Of a stretch of DNA of 64,000 nt, positions 1 to 12,360 are shown piece after piece. The notes beneath the pieces were generated by a model that saw only the letters and a program-made list of their open reading frames with translations, was not told where the DNA came from and searched no databases. How positions within the stretch are numbered: position 1 is the first letter of the stretch; every line of letters begins with the position of its first letter. Position numbers and translations under genes: made by a program. The DNA is from Octopus vulgaris. Lineage: Eukaryota. The DNA is taken from contig OX597819.1 in the NCBI GenBank assembly GCA_951406725.2, positions 97,588,001 to 97,652,000 of the forward strand, in the 5' to 3' direction.

Positions 1-437
1 GAAATTTAAGATCTTTCCCTTCTACAAATGTCCAAAGAATGACACCTCCTTCAGGAGAAATATGGAACAATACTTCATAACAAAGTTCTCCACCAAATTA
101 AATGGCTGAAAATGTTTCTATAATATTTTGTACTAGATGAAGGACAAATTTTGTAAAGTAAATTGTATTAAACACACACACACACACACACATACACGCG
201 CGCGCGCGCACACAAACAGTACTACACATATGTACATATACGTAAATAAAAACACTCTTTCATCCAGATTCTCCATCCCATATCAGCACAGGTATCAAAC
301 ATTGGATTGAAAGACTCACCAGTTGCAAAAATGTAAACACATTTTTTCTTCTTTCACTCCTCCTCCTTCCTTTCATTCCCCTTTCCCATTGGACACACCT
401 TTCTGATACACAGACACCCACCCACACGCGCGCACAT

Positions 438-489
<52 letters not shown>

Positions 490-745
490 ACACACACACA
501 CGCTCTCTCTCTCTCTCTCTCTCACAAGACAATGATAAAAAAGAAATCCAGATAATTATTTGAAAAGTGACATTTTGCTCCGCTTGGAGTGACCAGCTGG
601 GTTTGCCATTTCTAAAAGCCAAGAATCACTTACCATTGAAAGACTGACCAGCTGCAAAGATATCAGCAAATTTTTTCTTCTTTCTCTCCTTCTTCCTTTC
701 CTTCTATTTTTCTTTAACACTACTTTAGGATACAAAAACACACAC

Positions 746-779
<34 letters not shown>

Positions 780-1049
780 ACATTCTCCACATTCTTCACC
801 CTCTTGTAGCCTCATATATCACTCCCCGCCCCTACACACTCAATAATACTATAAAAGGAGAAAAAATTCCTGCAAAAGTTCAATTTGAAAACTCCACTAG
901 AGTGGACGAAAGAGCTTTTATATGATATATGACTCATAAAAAATGTAACATACTAATAAATATCTGTAAATATAAAACCATCCAGCAAATATAAAACCAA
1001 CCAGTTAATTGGACATTTCTTCTGCGACAATTTCCAAAAGAAAATTCGT

Positions 1050-1141
1050 CGCGCGCAGAGGGACTTGAACCCGCGACCCTCAGATTTCATAACACGGTAG
1101 TTCTTAAAAGTCTGATGCTCTACCGACTGAGCTATGCGGGC
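1050..1141 (-). tRNA. tRNA-Lys(UUU) with 19-nt intron, copy 1 (C3-C70 acceptor mismatch)
   Basis: Reverse complement GCCCGCATAGCTCAGTCGGTAGAGCATCAGACTTTTA[AGAACTACCGTGTTATGAA]ATCTGAGGGTCGCGGGTTCAAGTCCCTCTGCGCGCG. The 73-nt body closely resembles eukaryotic tRNA-Lys(TTT), with the intron at 37/38 and T-runs downstream. Confidence 0.88.
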
Positions 1142-1188
1142 TGACATGCGACTCAATGATGATTTAAATAGATTAAATCTTTTGAACT

Positions 1189-1228
1189 TGAAATCTGAGG
1201 GTCGCGGGTTTAAGTCTCTCTGCGGGCA
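1189..1228 (+). pseudogene. Orphan tRNA-Lys 3' half (intron end + 3' exon), inverted
   Basis: TGAAATCTGAGGGTCGCGGGTTTAAGTCTCTCTGCGGGCA. No 5' exon; B-box C56 changed to T; followed by an inverted copy of the tRNA 3' flank. Confidence 0.85.
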
Positions 1229-2089
1229 ACGAGTTTTCTTTTTGGAAATTGTCCCAGAAGAAATTACCAATTGACTGGTTTCAAGTATGGGAATTTAAAT
1301 TTCTATAATTCAATTGATTGGATGTGGAAACAGCTGCAAGCAGGAATTTCTCTGCATCAATTCGAATTTCTTTGAATTCGGAAATGCCCAACGTCGTCGA
1401 GTTATATCGAGGGAATGCCCATATTTTAACAATTGGCTGTGTCTTCATGGGGTCACTCTGCATGCTCACGCTAATGTATATTGACTATTCTTTACAGGTT
1501 TCTATTAAATGTGTGAGTGTGATTTTCATTCTTTACCAAAGGATATCTATCTCTCTATATATCTTGTTTTCTGGCACTAATATCATAATATCTTAAATAA
1601 TCAATAGTGTTGTTCTTAATGCGCAGTTGTGGTGCAACGAAGTTTAATATATGAAAATACATGATAATTTAATAGGAGCCATTGTGTGTGATTTTTGATG
1701 GCTGAAATGGATCTAGTACCATGTAATTGTATGCTTCTTGATAGATGAAAACTGTAGTCAGAGATCTATACTCATGCTTCATAGAATTACCAGGACCGTC
1801 AGTTAATTTACTTGTGACAATGATTAAATTTCACTTGTTTCAGTCGTTAGACTGTGGCCGAAGATGATGACATATCGTGGTAGGAATAAAACAGCAAAAG
1901 ACTGACTGCTAATGGAAATAGAAGAGCGTAAAAATATTTCGAAAGACCGGAAGGACATTGCCAAGCTGGAAAATGTGATGGGCAGCAAGAAAGGAATGAG
2001 CAAAAAGGGAAAACAAATGTTAGAGTTGCAGGGTGAAAATGTATTCGACCACGAGAAAAAAGAAATGGTATTGCAAGAAAATAATATGT

Positions 2090-2181
2090 CGCCCGCAGAG
2101 GGACTTGAACCCGCGACCCTCAGATTTCATAACTCGACAGTTCTTAAAAGTCTGATGCTCTACCGACTGAGCTATGCGGGC
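2090..2181 (-). tRNA. tRNA-Lys(UUU) with 19-nt intron, copy 2
   Basis: Fully paired acceptor, D and anticodon stems; intact A/B boxes; intron AGAACTGTCGAGTTATGAA; TTTT downstream. Confidence 0.93.
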
Positions 2182-2604
2182 TTCCGGCCGCCCAGTTTAA
2201 CTTTTAGACGATTGAAATATGGACTTAGCTACACATTCCTTGTTAACTGAAACGATTGTTGTATAAAGCCGTCATCTGGTATCTTACGTCACCTCGTAGT
2301 GATTACTAATAATTCCTTCACATTTACTACTGATATTTAATGCAGTAATTCGTTCACTCATCAAGTCCCATCCTGGTAAAGTCAAATTGGTCATTCAAAA
2401 TGTATATACACTATTCTCTTTCAATTATAATCTTTTCTACCCTAGGCACAAGGCCCGGCATTTTTGTGGAGGGGGCCAGTCGAATAGATCGACCCCAGTG
2501 CGCAGGTGGTATAATATAGCACTGTACCTATGCCTATGTTTAGCCCCTTGTGGGTAATAAAGAAACAGGTATAATATAGCCCTCATCTGTTTCAGTTGGG
2601 ACAC

Positions 2605-2844
2605 GAGAACTATGTTATGAAGTATTTTTCCATATTTCTCCTGAAAGAGGTGTCATTCTTTGGACATTTGTAGAAGGAAAAGATCTTAAATTTTCCTTCT
2701 CCACATGTATCTGGGTATTTACTCAGCGAAACACCTAGAAACATGTGGAGAAGGAAAATTTAAGATCTTTCCCTTCTACAAATGTCCAAAGAATGACACC
2801 TCCTTCAGGAGAAATATGGAACAATACTTCATAACAAAGTTCCC
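2605..2844. mobile_element. MITE-like fold-back element (~110-bp arms)
   Basis: 2605-~2715 is the near-perfect reverse complement of ~2733-2844; the right arm recurs at 1-90. Confidence 0.7.
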
Positions 2845-2923
2845 CACCAAATTAAATGGCTGAAAATATTTCTATAATAATTTGTACTAGATGAAGGACC
2901 ACTTTTGTAAAGTAAATTGTATT

Positions 2924-2996
<73 letters not shown>

Positions 2997-3222
2997 CACA
3001 CAAACAGTACTACACATATGTACATATACATAAATAAAAACACTCTTTCATCCAGATTCTCCATCCCATATCAGCACAGGTATCAAACATTGGATTGAAA
3101 GACTCACCAGTTGCAAAATTGTAAACACATTTTTTCTTCTTGTTTCCCTCCTCCTCCTCCTTCCTTTCATCCCCTTTCCCATTTGACACTTCCTTTCAGA
3201 TACACAGACACCAAAACACACG

Positions 3223-3268
<46 letters not shown>

Positions 3269-3811
3269 AGACAATAATATGAAAGAAATTCAGACAATTT
3301 CTTTAAAAGTGACATTTTGCTCCGCTTGGAGTGACCAGCTGGGTTTGCCATTTCTAAAAACTAAGAATCACTTACCATTGAAAGACTGACCAGCTGCAAA
3401 GATATCAGCAATTTTTTCTTCTTTCTCTCCTTCTTCTTTCTTTCCTTCTCTTTTTCTTTAACACTTCTTTAAGATACAAAAACACACACGATCTCTCTCT
3501 CTCTCTCTCACTCACTTTCTCCCCATTCTTCACCCTCTTGTAGTATCTTATATCTCTCCCCGCCCCTACACACTCAATAATACTATATAAGGAGACAAAA
3601 TTCCTGCAAAAGTTCAATTTGAAAACTCCACAGGGTGGACGAAAGCGCTTTTATATGATATATGATTCATAAAAACATGTAACATGCTAGTAATTATCTG
3701 TACATATAAACATACCAATACATATCTGTAAATATAAAACCATCCAGCAAATATAAAACCAACCAGTCAATTGGACATTTCTTCTGCAACAATTTCCAAA
3801 AGAAAATTTGT

Positions 3812-3903
3812 CGCCCGCAGAGGGACTTGAACCCGCGACCCTCACATTTCATAACACGGCAGTTCTTAAAAGTCTGAGGCTCTACCGACTGAGCTATGCG
3901 GGC
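3812..3903 (-). pseudogene. tRNA-Lys(UUU) intron-containing copy 3, probably defective
   Basis: Same 92-nt gene but C40>G breaks the anticodon stem (G30-G40) and A26>C. Confidence 0.8.
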
Positions 3904-4151
3904 TGACATACGAGTCATGGAAAATTTAGATAGATTAAATCTTTTGAACTTAGCTACTAGATACATACGTACATACATACATACATACATACATACATGC
4001 ATGCATGCATGCATGCATGCATGCATGCATACATACATACATACATACATACATACATACATACATACATGCATACATACATACATACATACATACATAC
4101 ATACATACATACATACATACATACATACATACATACACAAACAATACTCAG

Positions 4152-4192
4152 ATGAAATCTGAGGGTCGCGGGTTTAAGTCCCTCTGCGGGCG
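4152..4192 (+). pseudogene. Orphan tRNA-Lys 3' half, inverted (second copy)
   Basis: ATGAAATCTGAGGGTCGCGGGTTTAAGTCCCTCTGCGGGCG, with the same C56>T change as 1189-1228. Confidence 0.85.
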
Positions 4193-4457
4193 ACGAGTTT
4201 TCTGTTTAGAAATTGTCCCAGAAGAAATAACCAATTGACTGGTTTCAAATATGGGAATTCAAATTTCTATAATTCAATTGATTGGATTGTGGAAACAGCT
4301 GCAAGCAGGAATTTCTTCGCATGAATTCGAATTTCTTTGAATTCGGAAATGCCCGATGTCGTCGAGTCATATCGAAGGAATGCCCATATATTAACAATTG
4401 GCTGTGTCTTTATGGGGTCACTCTGTATGCTCACGCTAATGTATATTGACTATTCTT

Positions 4458-4539
<82 letters not shown>

Positions 4540-4752
4540 CATATATATATATATATATATGACAAAAAGAAGATGGAAGAAAAAAGAAGTACAGAAGTTA
4601 TCTATTCAAAGAAATTCGAATTCCTGCAGAGAAATTCCTGCTTACAGCTGTTTCCACACCAAATCAATTCAATAAAAGAAATTTAAATTATCACATTTGA
4701 AACCAGTCAATTAGGTATTTCTTCAGGGACATTTTCCAAAGAAAGAAATCGT

Positions 4753-4844
4753 CGCCCGCAGAGGGACTTGAACCCGCGACCCTCAGATTTCATCACTTGA
4801 CAGTTCTTAAAAGTCTGATGCTCTACCGACTGAGCTATGCGGGC
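4753..4844 (-). tRNA. tRNA-Lys(UUU) with 19-nt intron, copy 4
   Basis: Exons identical to copy 2; intron AGAACTGTCAAGTGATGAA. Confidence 0.92.
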
Positions 4845-5104
4845 AGACAATTACACCAACGAAAATTTAGATAGATTAAATCTTTTGAACTTAGCTACTA
4901 TAAACATACGTACATACATGGAAACATACATACATACATACATACATACATACATACAATACTACATGTAATGGTTACAGTTCCATTGCACAATCTCAGA
5001 TCGTTATAATCCTACATAACACATATTGGCATTCTTTCGATATAACTCGACAACGCATTTTACGAAATTCATTAAAAGAATGTCTGTGGCGTTTCGTCGC
5101 CATA

Positions 5105-5191
5105 TAGGGTTTTAGGGTTAGGGTTTTTGGGTTAAGGTTTTAGGGTTAGGGTTAAGGTTTTAGGGTTAGGGTTCGGGTTTTAGGGTGAGGG
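5105..5191 (+). repeat. Degenerate interstitial telomere-like (TTAGGG/TTTTAGGG)n tract
   Basis: About a dozen variants of TTAGGG, TTTTAGGG, TTAAGG, TTCGGG and TGAGGG. Confidence 0.8.
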
Positions 5192-5679
5192 CTGTCATAA
5201 ATAGTAGTGACAAACGAAATATACACCACCGGAAGTTCTTGCTGACATATAACAGCAGTAATTTTATTCAGCTGAATACACGTTATCGATTGGTTGAAAT
5301 TATCGAAACACGAGAACTTTAAGGTGAAATATCTTCGCAAATATAAGTTTTTCTCAAAAATACTAAGAGTAAAACATGTTTTATATGACACATTCTACCA
5401 GTGTCCGAAGTTTGAAAGTGTTTAGTTAGAAAAAATTATTTTTTAAATCTGTAGGTCAATTATCACCACTCGAACATTGCTGTCGAGAGTTCTAGGATTC
5501 AAGGGGGCGGTTACCTCGTCTCTATGGCGTGTAGGTGACCGTATTACTGCAAATGCTCCTCAATGAGATGCCAGTCCATTGCAGAAAGACTCATTGCAGA
5601 TGAGTGGACTACAGTGGACTACTACTACATACACACACACACACACACACGCACGCACGCACGCGCACACACACACACT

Positions 5680-5717
<38 letters not shown>

Positions 5718-6205
5718 TATAAGAACAACAATGAAGTGTATTTGTTTGACGCCGGGGGAAAATACATGAAAATTTAAGAGGAGCTATTGTGTGTGATTTT
5801 AGATGGCTGAAATTGATCTAGTACGATGTAAATATACGTTTGTTTGTAGATGAAAACTGTAGTCAGAGATCTCTATCCATGCTTCACAGAATTGCCAGTC
5901 AGTTAATTTACTTGATACAATGATTGAATTTTACTTATTTCAGTCATTAGACTGTGGCCGAAGATGATGACATAGCGCGGTAGGAATAAAACAGCAAAAG
6001 ACTGAATGCTAATGGAAATAGAAGAGCGTAAAAATATCTCGAATGACCGGAATGACATTGCCAAGCTGGAAAACGTGATGGGCAGCAAGAAAAGATTGAG
6101 CAAAAAAGAAAAATTTTGAATGAGAACTGTAACAGCAGCAAGGTGAAAATGTGTTTGACTAAGAAAAAGGAAAAAAAAAAAATGGTATTGCATGAAAAAA
6201 TTTGT

Positions 6206-6297
6206 CGCCCACAGAGGGACTTGAACCCGCGACCCTCAGATTTCATAACACTACAGTTCTTAAAAGTCTGATGCTCTACCGACTGAGCTATGCGGGC
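6206..6297 (-). tRNA. tRNA-Lys(UUU) with 19-nt intron, copy 5 (G5-U68 wobble)
   Basis: Intact cloverleaf; intron AGAACTGTAGTGTTATGAA; TTTTTT terminator just downstream. Confidence 0.92.
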
Positions 6298-7397
6298 TGA
6301 CTGATATCGGAAGTGAATTTTAGGTAGATTAAATATGTTGAACCAAGCTACTATTGACAATTGTTAATTTGTTGTGAAGTGAAGTGAAAAAGCATATCGC
6401 TGCCGTAGTTTGTCGTTTCTTGTGTCCGAGAAATCTCATTTCTTTTCACAATTAAGTGGTTTCTCCGTGTTGATGGCTTTAACGAGTGGGAAGGCCAGTC
6501 TCGCGTAAAATATTCTGGAATATGGTGGAGAGCGTAGTTGTTTTTTTAATGTTTTTCTTCAACTTTTCTTTTTCTTTTGACTTCAAAGAAGTTAATTCTT
6601 GTGATGATAGAGTGACGCCAATTGAAGTAGTTCTGGGTTCACGTTTTTGTGTCAATTCCAGTTGACTATTTTCTTTATCTTGGAGCTATCGTTTCCACCA
6701 ATTGTACTTTGAAATGATGTGGAACGCAGACTTGGACCAGCCCGTTCAACAGTTGGAAACCTGGGTCTTTAATAACAAACACTTGATTCCGCCTAAACGA
6801 AACTGATTGTCGTCAATTCAGTAATATCATATCGTTGGATACTTTATACACAGGACATCAAAATCATTGCGCTGTCTTCAAGGGCTCGGGAACAGGGGGT
6901 GCAGCGGGTGCACCTGCACCCCTTGGAATTTTCAGGTGGTGCAAGATCAAAATTTGCACCCCCTACATAATATTACCAGTTTCAGAAAATAGTGTCTCAA
7001 AAGTTATCTGTATAAGATGCTTGAAGCTAGATTTCGTTTCAAGGCAAAAACAAAGAACAAAAAAATAAATAAATAAAAGTGATGAAGCTGGGCTTAAAAT
7101 TCCCAAGGGAATTTATGACTGACCAACTTCTGAAGCAAAGTAGCGTCAAGAGAAAAAAAGGAATTACAACCGTGTTTCGTGGTCTGATACCACAACAGCT
7201 CCTTTATAAGATCCAGTTAGCTCAAGACATCATCAGGAGGAACCACGTCCGGTTTCAGCCCCCACTCCTCTACTATTTTGACGTGGCGAGGCAACTCCTT
7301 TCGGAGGTGTCTTCAGCTCTGGTGTTGGGTGCATGTCTTCTTTCTTCTGTTCCCTGGCCTCTTCGATGTATCATCAGCGAGTGTCAGCCGGTGACTG

Positions 7398-9058
7398 TGT
7401 TTCTTTATTACCCATAGAGGGCGACACAGAATGGAGAGTACAAACATTGGGAACACAAAACATCACAATTACATAAATATGGGTAAATGAATTATGAAAA
7501 TGATATATAAAAGTGATGCTAACGGCCCCATCCGCTAGCATCACTTACCTGTCCTTCAGTCGTCAGTCCCAAACAAACCTTCCTTGCTCAGTCCCAATGC
7601 AATATGCCTTCATCTCTATCCTTCTCCCAAACCACTCTTCCAATTCCTTCACCGTCTCTTCATCCATGTTCCCTTTAGATATTCCCCAGTCCTTCTTTTC
7701 GCACCTTTCCATAAACTCATATACTTGTTCCTTTGGAATTACTGCACATCGTTTCCCTCCCCTATCACACCATTGGTAGTCCGTCATTGTCTTTTTTATT
7801 TCCTCTTTCCCTGCAATACATAAAATGTTGGGCCTGGGTTCTTTTTTAGTGTCTTGGCTGTGTGTATCTTTTTTCTGTTTTCTTGTTGGTGGGGAGCGGG
7901 TGGGTTCACTGTCTGCAGGGGACGGGTGGGACTCAGAGGGTGCGGATGGTGTTGGGGTGGATTGGGGTTCCGTACTGTTTGCTTTTCTCCTTCTTCTCTT
8001 TCTTTTTTCCTTCCTTCTTCCCACTCTTGCTGGATCTCCTCTTCTTCTGTCGTTTCCTTTTCTGTTTGGTTCTCTTCTTCTTTAGTTTCTTCCTCTTTTT
8101 GGGGTTCCGTAACAATTTCCTTTTCCTTTGGTGGGGGAGGATAGTTGACTCTTATGTGACCTCTCAGGCCACACTTATAACAGCGCGGGGCTCTGCCTTC
8201 CACCCACACTCTCATGATGATGGTACCCATTCTTATATTTTCTGTTAACAATTCCAGCGTTTCGGTCTCCGCCTGTACGTTCATATCTAGGGTAGCACCC
8301 CTCCAGCCTTCATATTTTATGGTGGCAAGGAGGATATCCACCTTCTTCTCATTCCCTCCAATCACAGCTGCTGCCATATATTCGCCCTCTAGGTGTGGGG
8401 GCACTCCCTCCACCCCGACTCGCGTGGTTTTCCCGTTTAAGTACGAAGGCAGCAGGTTACTCCGCTGTTACTGCCCCGGCTGCCACCCCTCTTGCGACGC
8501 TCTCGCTCCCATATCGAACCGTCACTGTACCGCATTCCATCCCTCTTGTCAAACACACAACTTCCTCCTCTGTTTGTTTCAGCGCTTCCTCAACAATTTC
8601 CATGCCCACTACTTCAATTCTTTTCCTTCCGCTTGCATACACTCTACACTTGACGGTCCCGTGATCGAACCACTCACCACGCCTTGTTGGTGGTGACAGC
8701 TCGACTTCGCCGTCCTCCTCCTCCACAAATTCCTGGAAGCCCGGCAGTTTAACCAGGTCCACCTCCTTTTCTTCCGACCTCCTCCTCGCCACTCCTGCAT
8801 ACGCATTACCAAGCTTCCCATCCATTCCTTTCACTGCTCCTTTCAGCTCCTCCTCGGACGTCGACAACTCCGACAAACTTCTCCCGGCCATCCTTCCCGT
8901 TATGGAGGGGCAGTCCATTTTCCCCTTGTCCGTCCCAACACAGACAGACAACCAAAATCCCCACACCGAAACGCTCAACAATAACAAATTCAACAATCAA
9001 AAACTAAGCAACTCACAATAAACAGTTTCTGAGCATCGATGAATAAATGAACAAGTGA
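7398..9058 (-). mobile_element. ORF1-only (HAL1-like) non-autonomous non-LTR retroelement with 23-bp TSD
   Basis: Flanked by identical CAGCGAGTGTCAGCCGGTGACTG at 7375-7397 and 9059-9081. Contains only a frameshifted gag/ORF1-like frame and ends in ...GGGTAATAAAGAAAC. Confidence 0.75.
7563..8996 (-). pseudogene. L1/Tx1-type ORF1 (gag-like nucleic-acid-binding protein), frameshifted
   Basis: ORFs 8457-8996, 7796-8413 and 7563-8024 are collinear. Zinc knuckle RAPRCYKCGLRGHIRVNYP (last Cys lost) is followed by acidic, basic and Pro-rich tails. Confidence 0.7.
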
Positions 9059-9127
9059 CAGCGAGTGTCAGCCGGTGACTGACTGTCTTGTCAAATTTCT
9101 CCCTTTAAATACCTGCCGCATAGGCTC

Positions 9128-9341
9128 CAGCAGGCAGCCCCAGCAAGTTGTCACGTGACACAGTCTCACATTAACTGACTAGTGAAGGCGCGTAGTTTTA
9201 GCCCGCGCTTTTTCTAAACGACCGTCACCTGTCAGCAGGCAGCCCCAGCAAGTTGTCATGTGACACAGTCTCACATTAACTGACTAGTGAAGGGCGCGTA
9301 GTTTTAGCCCGCGCTGTTTCTAAACGACCGTCACTTGTCAG
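9128..9341. repeat. Two tandem copies of a ~105-bp unit
   Basis: CAGCAGGCAGCCCCAGCAAGTTGTCA...AAACGACCGTCAC occurs twice. Confidence 0.85.
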
Positions 9342-9429
9342 TCAGCGAAGCTGATTCAGTCAGCTTGTCTCACCTAATGATGTTATTTCCCATCGGTCTT
9401 CCCGCTTCAGCCATATATAGAAGCTGACT

Positions 9430-10285
9430 TTTTCGACCGTCCCCTGTACTCTCCTTATTAGTTTACGCAGCTAGGGGCTAGAAAAAACAAATCTTCTTTT
9501 GAAAAGCGTCGTCATTTTCTTTTCAATTAACCCTCTAGCCCCAACTGCCAGGTGATAATATTCGACATTCCATCCCTGTTCTCTGCATTCTTCGATTAGC
9601 TTTTCATACTTCTCCTTTCGTTCCTCTGCGTTGCCGATGTTCTCTTCTCAAGGTACTGTCAGTTCTAGTAAAATTCCCATTCTCCGGTCTCTGTTCCATA
9701 GAACTAAATCCGGTCTTTTTGTTGTTTTTATTAGTCGAAATACTACTTGTCTTTCCAAGTCCGTGGCCACCTCCCAGTATCCCTCCCATCTTTCGTCCAT
9801 CTCGTATACTTTACTTGTAGGCCTGGTTTTATAACCTTTTCCTTCCTTGTGGAAGTATACTTTCCTGCGCTTTTCTACTTTTGGGTATTTTCCCCTATTG
9901 TACCTCTCGATCTTCTCCTTGAGTGCTGCGCTTATGACACCGAGGACTTTATTATGCCGCCATGTATATCTTTCAAGTGCTAGTCTGCAACTGGACAGAA
10001 CATGTCTAACCGTCGCTTTCTCTCCGCATCTACACTCATCGGTTTTGTTTATGTTCCACCGGACTAAGTTCGCCGGTGAGGGTAAAACGTCGAAGATAGA
10101 CTTGATCAGGAAGGATGTTCTTGCTTGTTCCCAAGCCCAAAGTTCCTTCCATGATATTCTGCGGTTGATCACATATTCCTCCCATCTCAGGCACTGTCCC
10201 TGTTGACTGCATTGCACCAAATGTACATTCCGCCTTTCTTCTTCCTCCTTTCTCACTTCGTATACCACTGCCTCTTTCATCTCTT
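9430..10285 (-). mobile_element. 5'-truncated RLE-type non-LTR retrotransposon (Hero/NeSL-like) C-terminus
   Basis: CRCGEKATVRHVLSSC (CCHC knuckle), RYTWRHNKVL and RPDLVLW...LLELTVP (PD-(D/E)xK nuclease). The frame continues past a stop to ...VGARG. Confidence 0.85.
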
Positions 10286-11069
10286 TTTATGTGACAACAA
10301 CAGTAGCAGCAAACAACAAGAACGACAAGCATGACCAGCTACTCTTCATACTTGGTTTCTTGAAGACAGCCGCTAATGCTGTTCTCTTAGTAGTTGATGT
10401 CGCTAAAGACTGACGACATGGTTGAATGGATTCGACTGTTTGACCTTTTAAAAGTCCTTTTAAAATTCTTTCAGTCATATCGGTTTCCTCATTTAGGTTG
10501 TTAGGTCCAAAGTTTGACAAGGGAACAAAATGATTTATTTTTGTTTGATATTTAATGCTCATTGTTAAATACCTTGATATTTATTGCTCATTCGAAATAC
10601 TAGACCAGTTTAAGAAAAAAAAAATTTTAAAAAGATTTTGAAAGGAAACATTTAAATGATTGCAGACCGACTCCGAAATTACCTAATTTGCGAAGAAATA
10701 TATTCGACAATTTCAGACTAATCTATATAAAAAGGAAATGATATTAAAAGCATTACCTAGCGATTCACCACGAAGAGGTGCTTTTTTCGCTCATAAGTCT
10801 AACCCTAGATGAGGCCAGCATACGGGCTAATATGCTTTTAACAGGGGTCTTTAATTTTATTAATCTTAGCTGGTCCGAGGATTATATCCAGCCTGGAGCT
10901 AAGCAACTGAAGTGGAGGGATACGAACGCTTTCCTCGATACAACAAAAGACTTTCCCATACATCATTACCCGTCCAATTAGGGGAAAATAACATTCGACT
11001 TTGTCTTTATTCACAATGTTCAATTCATTCCCACAGCTATTTCCAACCAAAGCATTATCCAATTATCTG

Positions 11070-11650
11070 TATATGGCACAAAAATATATCCGACTCGCAG
11101 CATGGATTTCTACCCCGAAGATCTTGCCTAACAAATCTTCTCCCTCTTGAAGAGTGGATTACAAGGACCATGGCTGAAAAAGACTTGGTGAGCGTGGTAT
11201 TTTTGTACTTCGCAAAGCCAGAAGGAATCTTTTCCTCATCCACCGATCCTTTCAAATGGACGTCTTTTAGCCTGTATATATCACTCTAGTTCGACCCATC
11301 CTCGAATATTGCATCCATAACTCAAACCCATATCTCCAGAAAGACATTCAACACCTGGAACGGGTTCAACACTTGGCAACCCGAATGGGCGCGGGCTTGT
11401 CTAAGCTTGCGTAAGAGGAACATCCTCAACGGCTGGCATTGCCTTCATTCGAACGACGGAGGATGCAGGAAGATCTCATCCGGCTTTCAACATCTTCAAC
11501 GGACATGTAAATTTACCATTTGCGAAGATTTTCACCCCAGCGCCGGATAGAGGTCTTCGTGGACATGATCGCAAACTTTATCCCCGACACTTTCATTTCA
11601 ACAGGCGGAAGGCTGTATTCTCCGTCCGTATCGCAGCCCCGTGCATAATC
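11070..11650 (+). mobile_element. CR1/L2-group LINE RT fragments
   Basis: SQHGFLPRRSCLTNLL, LYFAK, RPILEYC and LERVQ motifs; 3' part homologous to 49830-50140. Confidence 0.75.
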
Positions 11651-11699
11651 CAAGCGAATTCTTTGATCCCACAACTCAAGTGCAGAGACACAACTTAAA

Positions 11700-12360
11700 A
11701 TTAATATCATGGAAGTTGATATACTTGCGGCTATTAATGATTTAGACTCAAACTCAGCATCTGTACCAGATAGTATTCTAGTTATATAGCTAAAAAACGT
11801 GCAAAAACCGCCTCATGAAATCATTAAAGGTACTATTTCAAAAGTCGCCAGATACCTTCATATTCCCGAGACTATTGAAAGAAGCTATAATAAAACCTAT
11901 ATAGGTACAAAGAAGGTAGCAGTGCTGAAGCTAAAAATTACAGACCTGTTTCCCTCACGTCTTACACATCTAAAATTATCCAATGCCTTGTCCGAAGACA
12001 AAAAGTAATAACATACCTGAGGGAAAACAACTTAGATGACACTCGGAATAGGTTTCGGACTGAACGAAGTTGCCTGTCACAATGCTTACAGCATCATAAC
12101 ACTACCTCTAATAATCTCTTAAGAGGAAAGATCATTGACTGTTAAAACCTTGATATTGTTAAGGCGTTTGACAAGACTGATCATGGAATCCTCTATCATA
12201 ATTTAAGAAATCTTGGTATCACAGGAAATGTCGGAGAAGGGTTCTTTAACTCCCTATACGGTAGGAGTCAACCTATTACTGCAAAAAGATTTCTCTCTAA
12301 GTTACCTGTAATACGTCGTATACCTCAGGGAACGAATTACACAAAAATATCGATGGCTAA
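11700..12360 (+). mobile_element. Degraded CR1-like LINE RT fragment
   Basis: Remnants of KAFDKTDHGILYHNLRNLGI and IPQGT; many stops. Confidence 0.6.

Larger units (their letters stand above)
1..6380. repeat. Tandem segmental duplication of a ~2.75-kb tRNA-Lys cassette
   Basis: 1-~1495 aligns with ~2755-4460 and ~1675-2181 aligns with ~5780-6297; the second unit carries an extra ~1.3 kb. Confidence 0.85.

Noticed and set aside
1912-2250. 112-aa plus-strand ORF
   Set aside because: Runs antisense through tRNA copy 2 and is not kept open in the duplicate at ~6010-6300.
3694-4238. ORFs with [16 protein letters not shown] runs here and throughout the window
   Set aside because: Translations of (TACA)n, (TA)n, (CA)n and (TAGA)n microsatellites.
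6878-6965. GC-rich GGTGCA-repeat block resembling a hAT MITE terminus
   Set aside because: No matching second terminus or TSD found.
7215-7275. Minus-strand GAAAC...CTGATGA as a permuted hammerhead
   Set aside because: Stems I and II cannot be formed in a canonical topology; probably a LINE 3' UTR motif.
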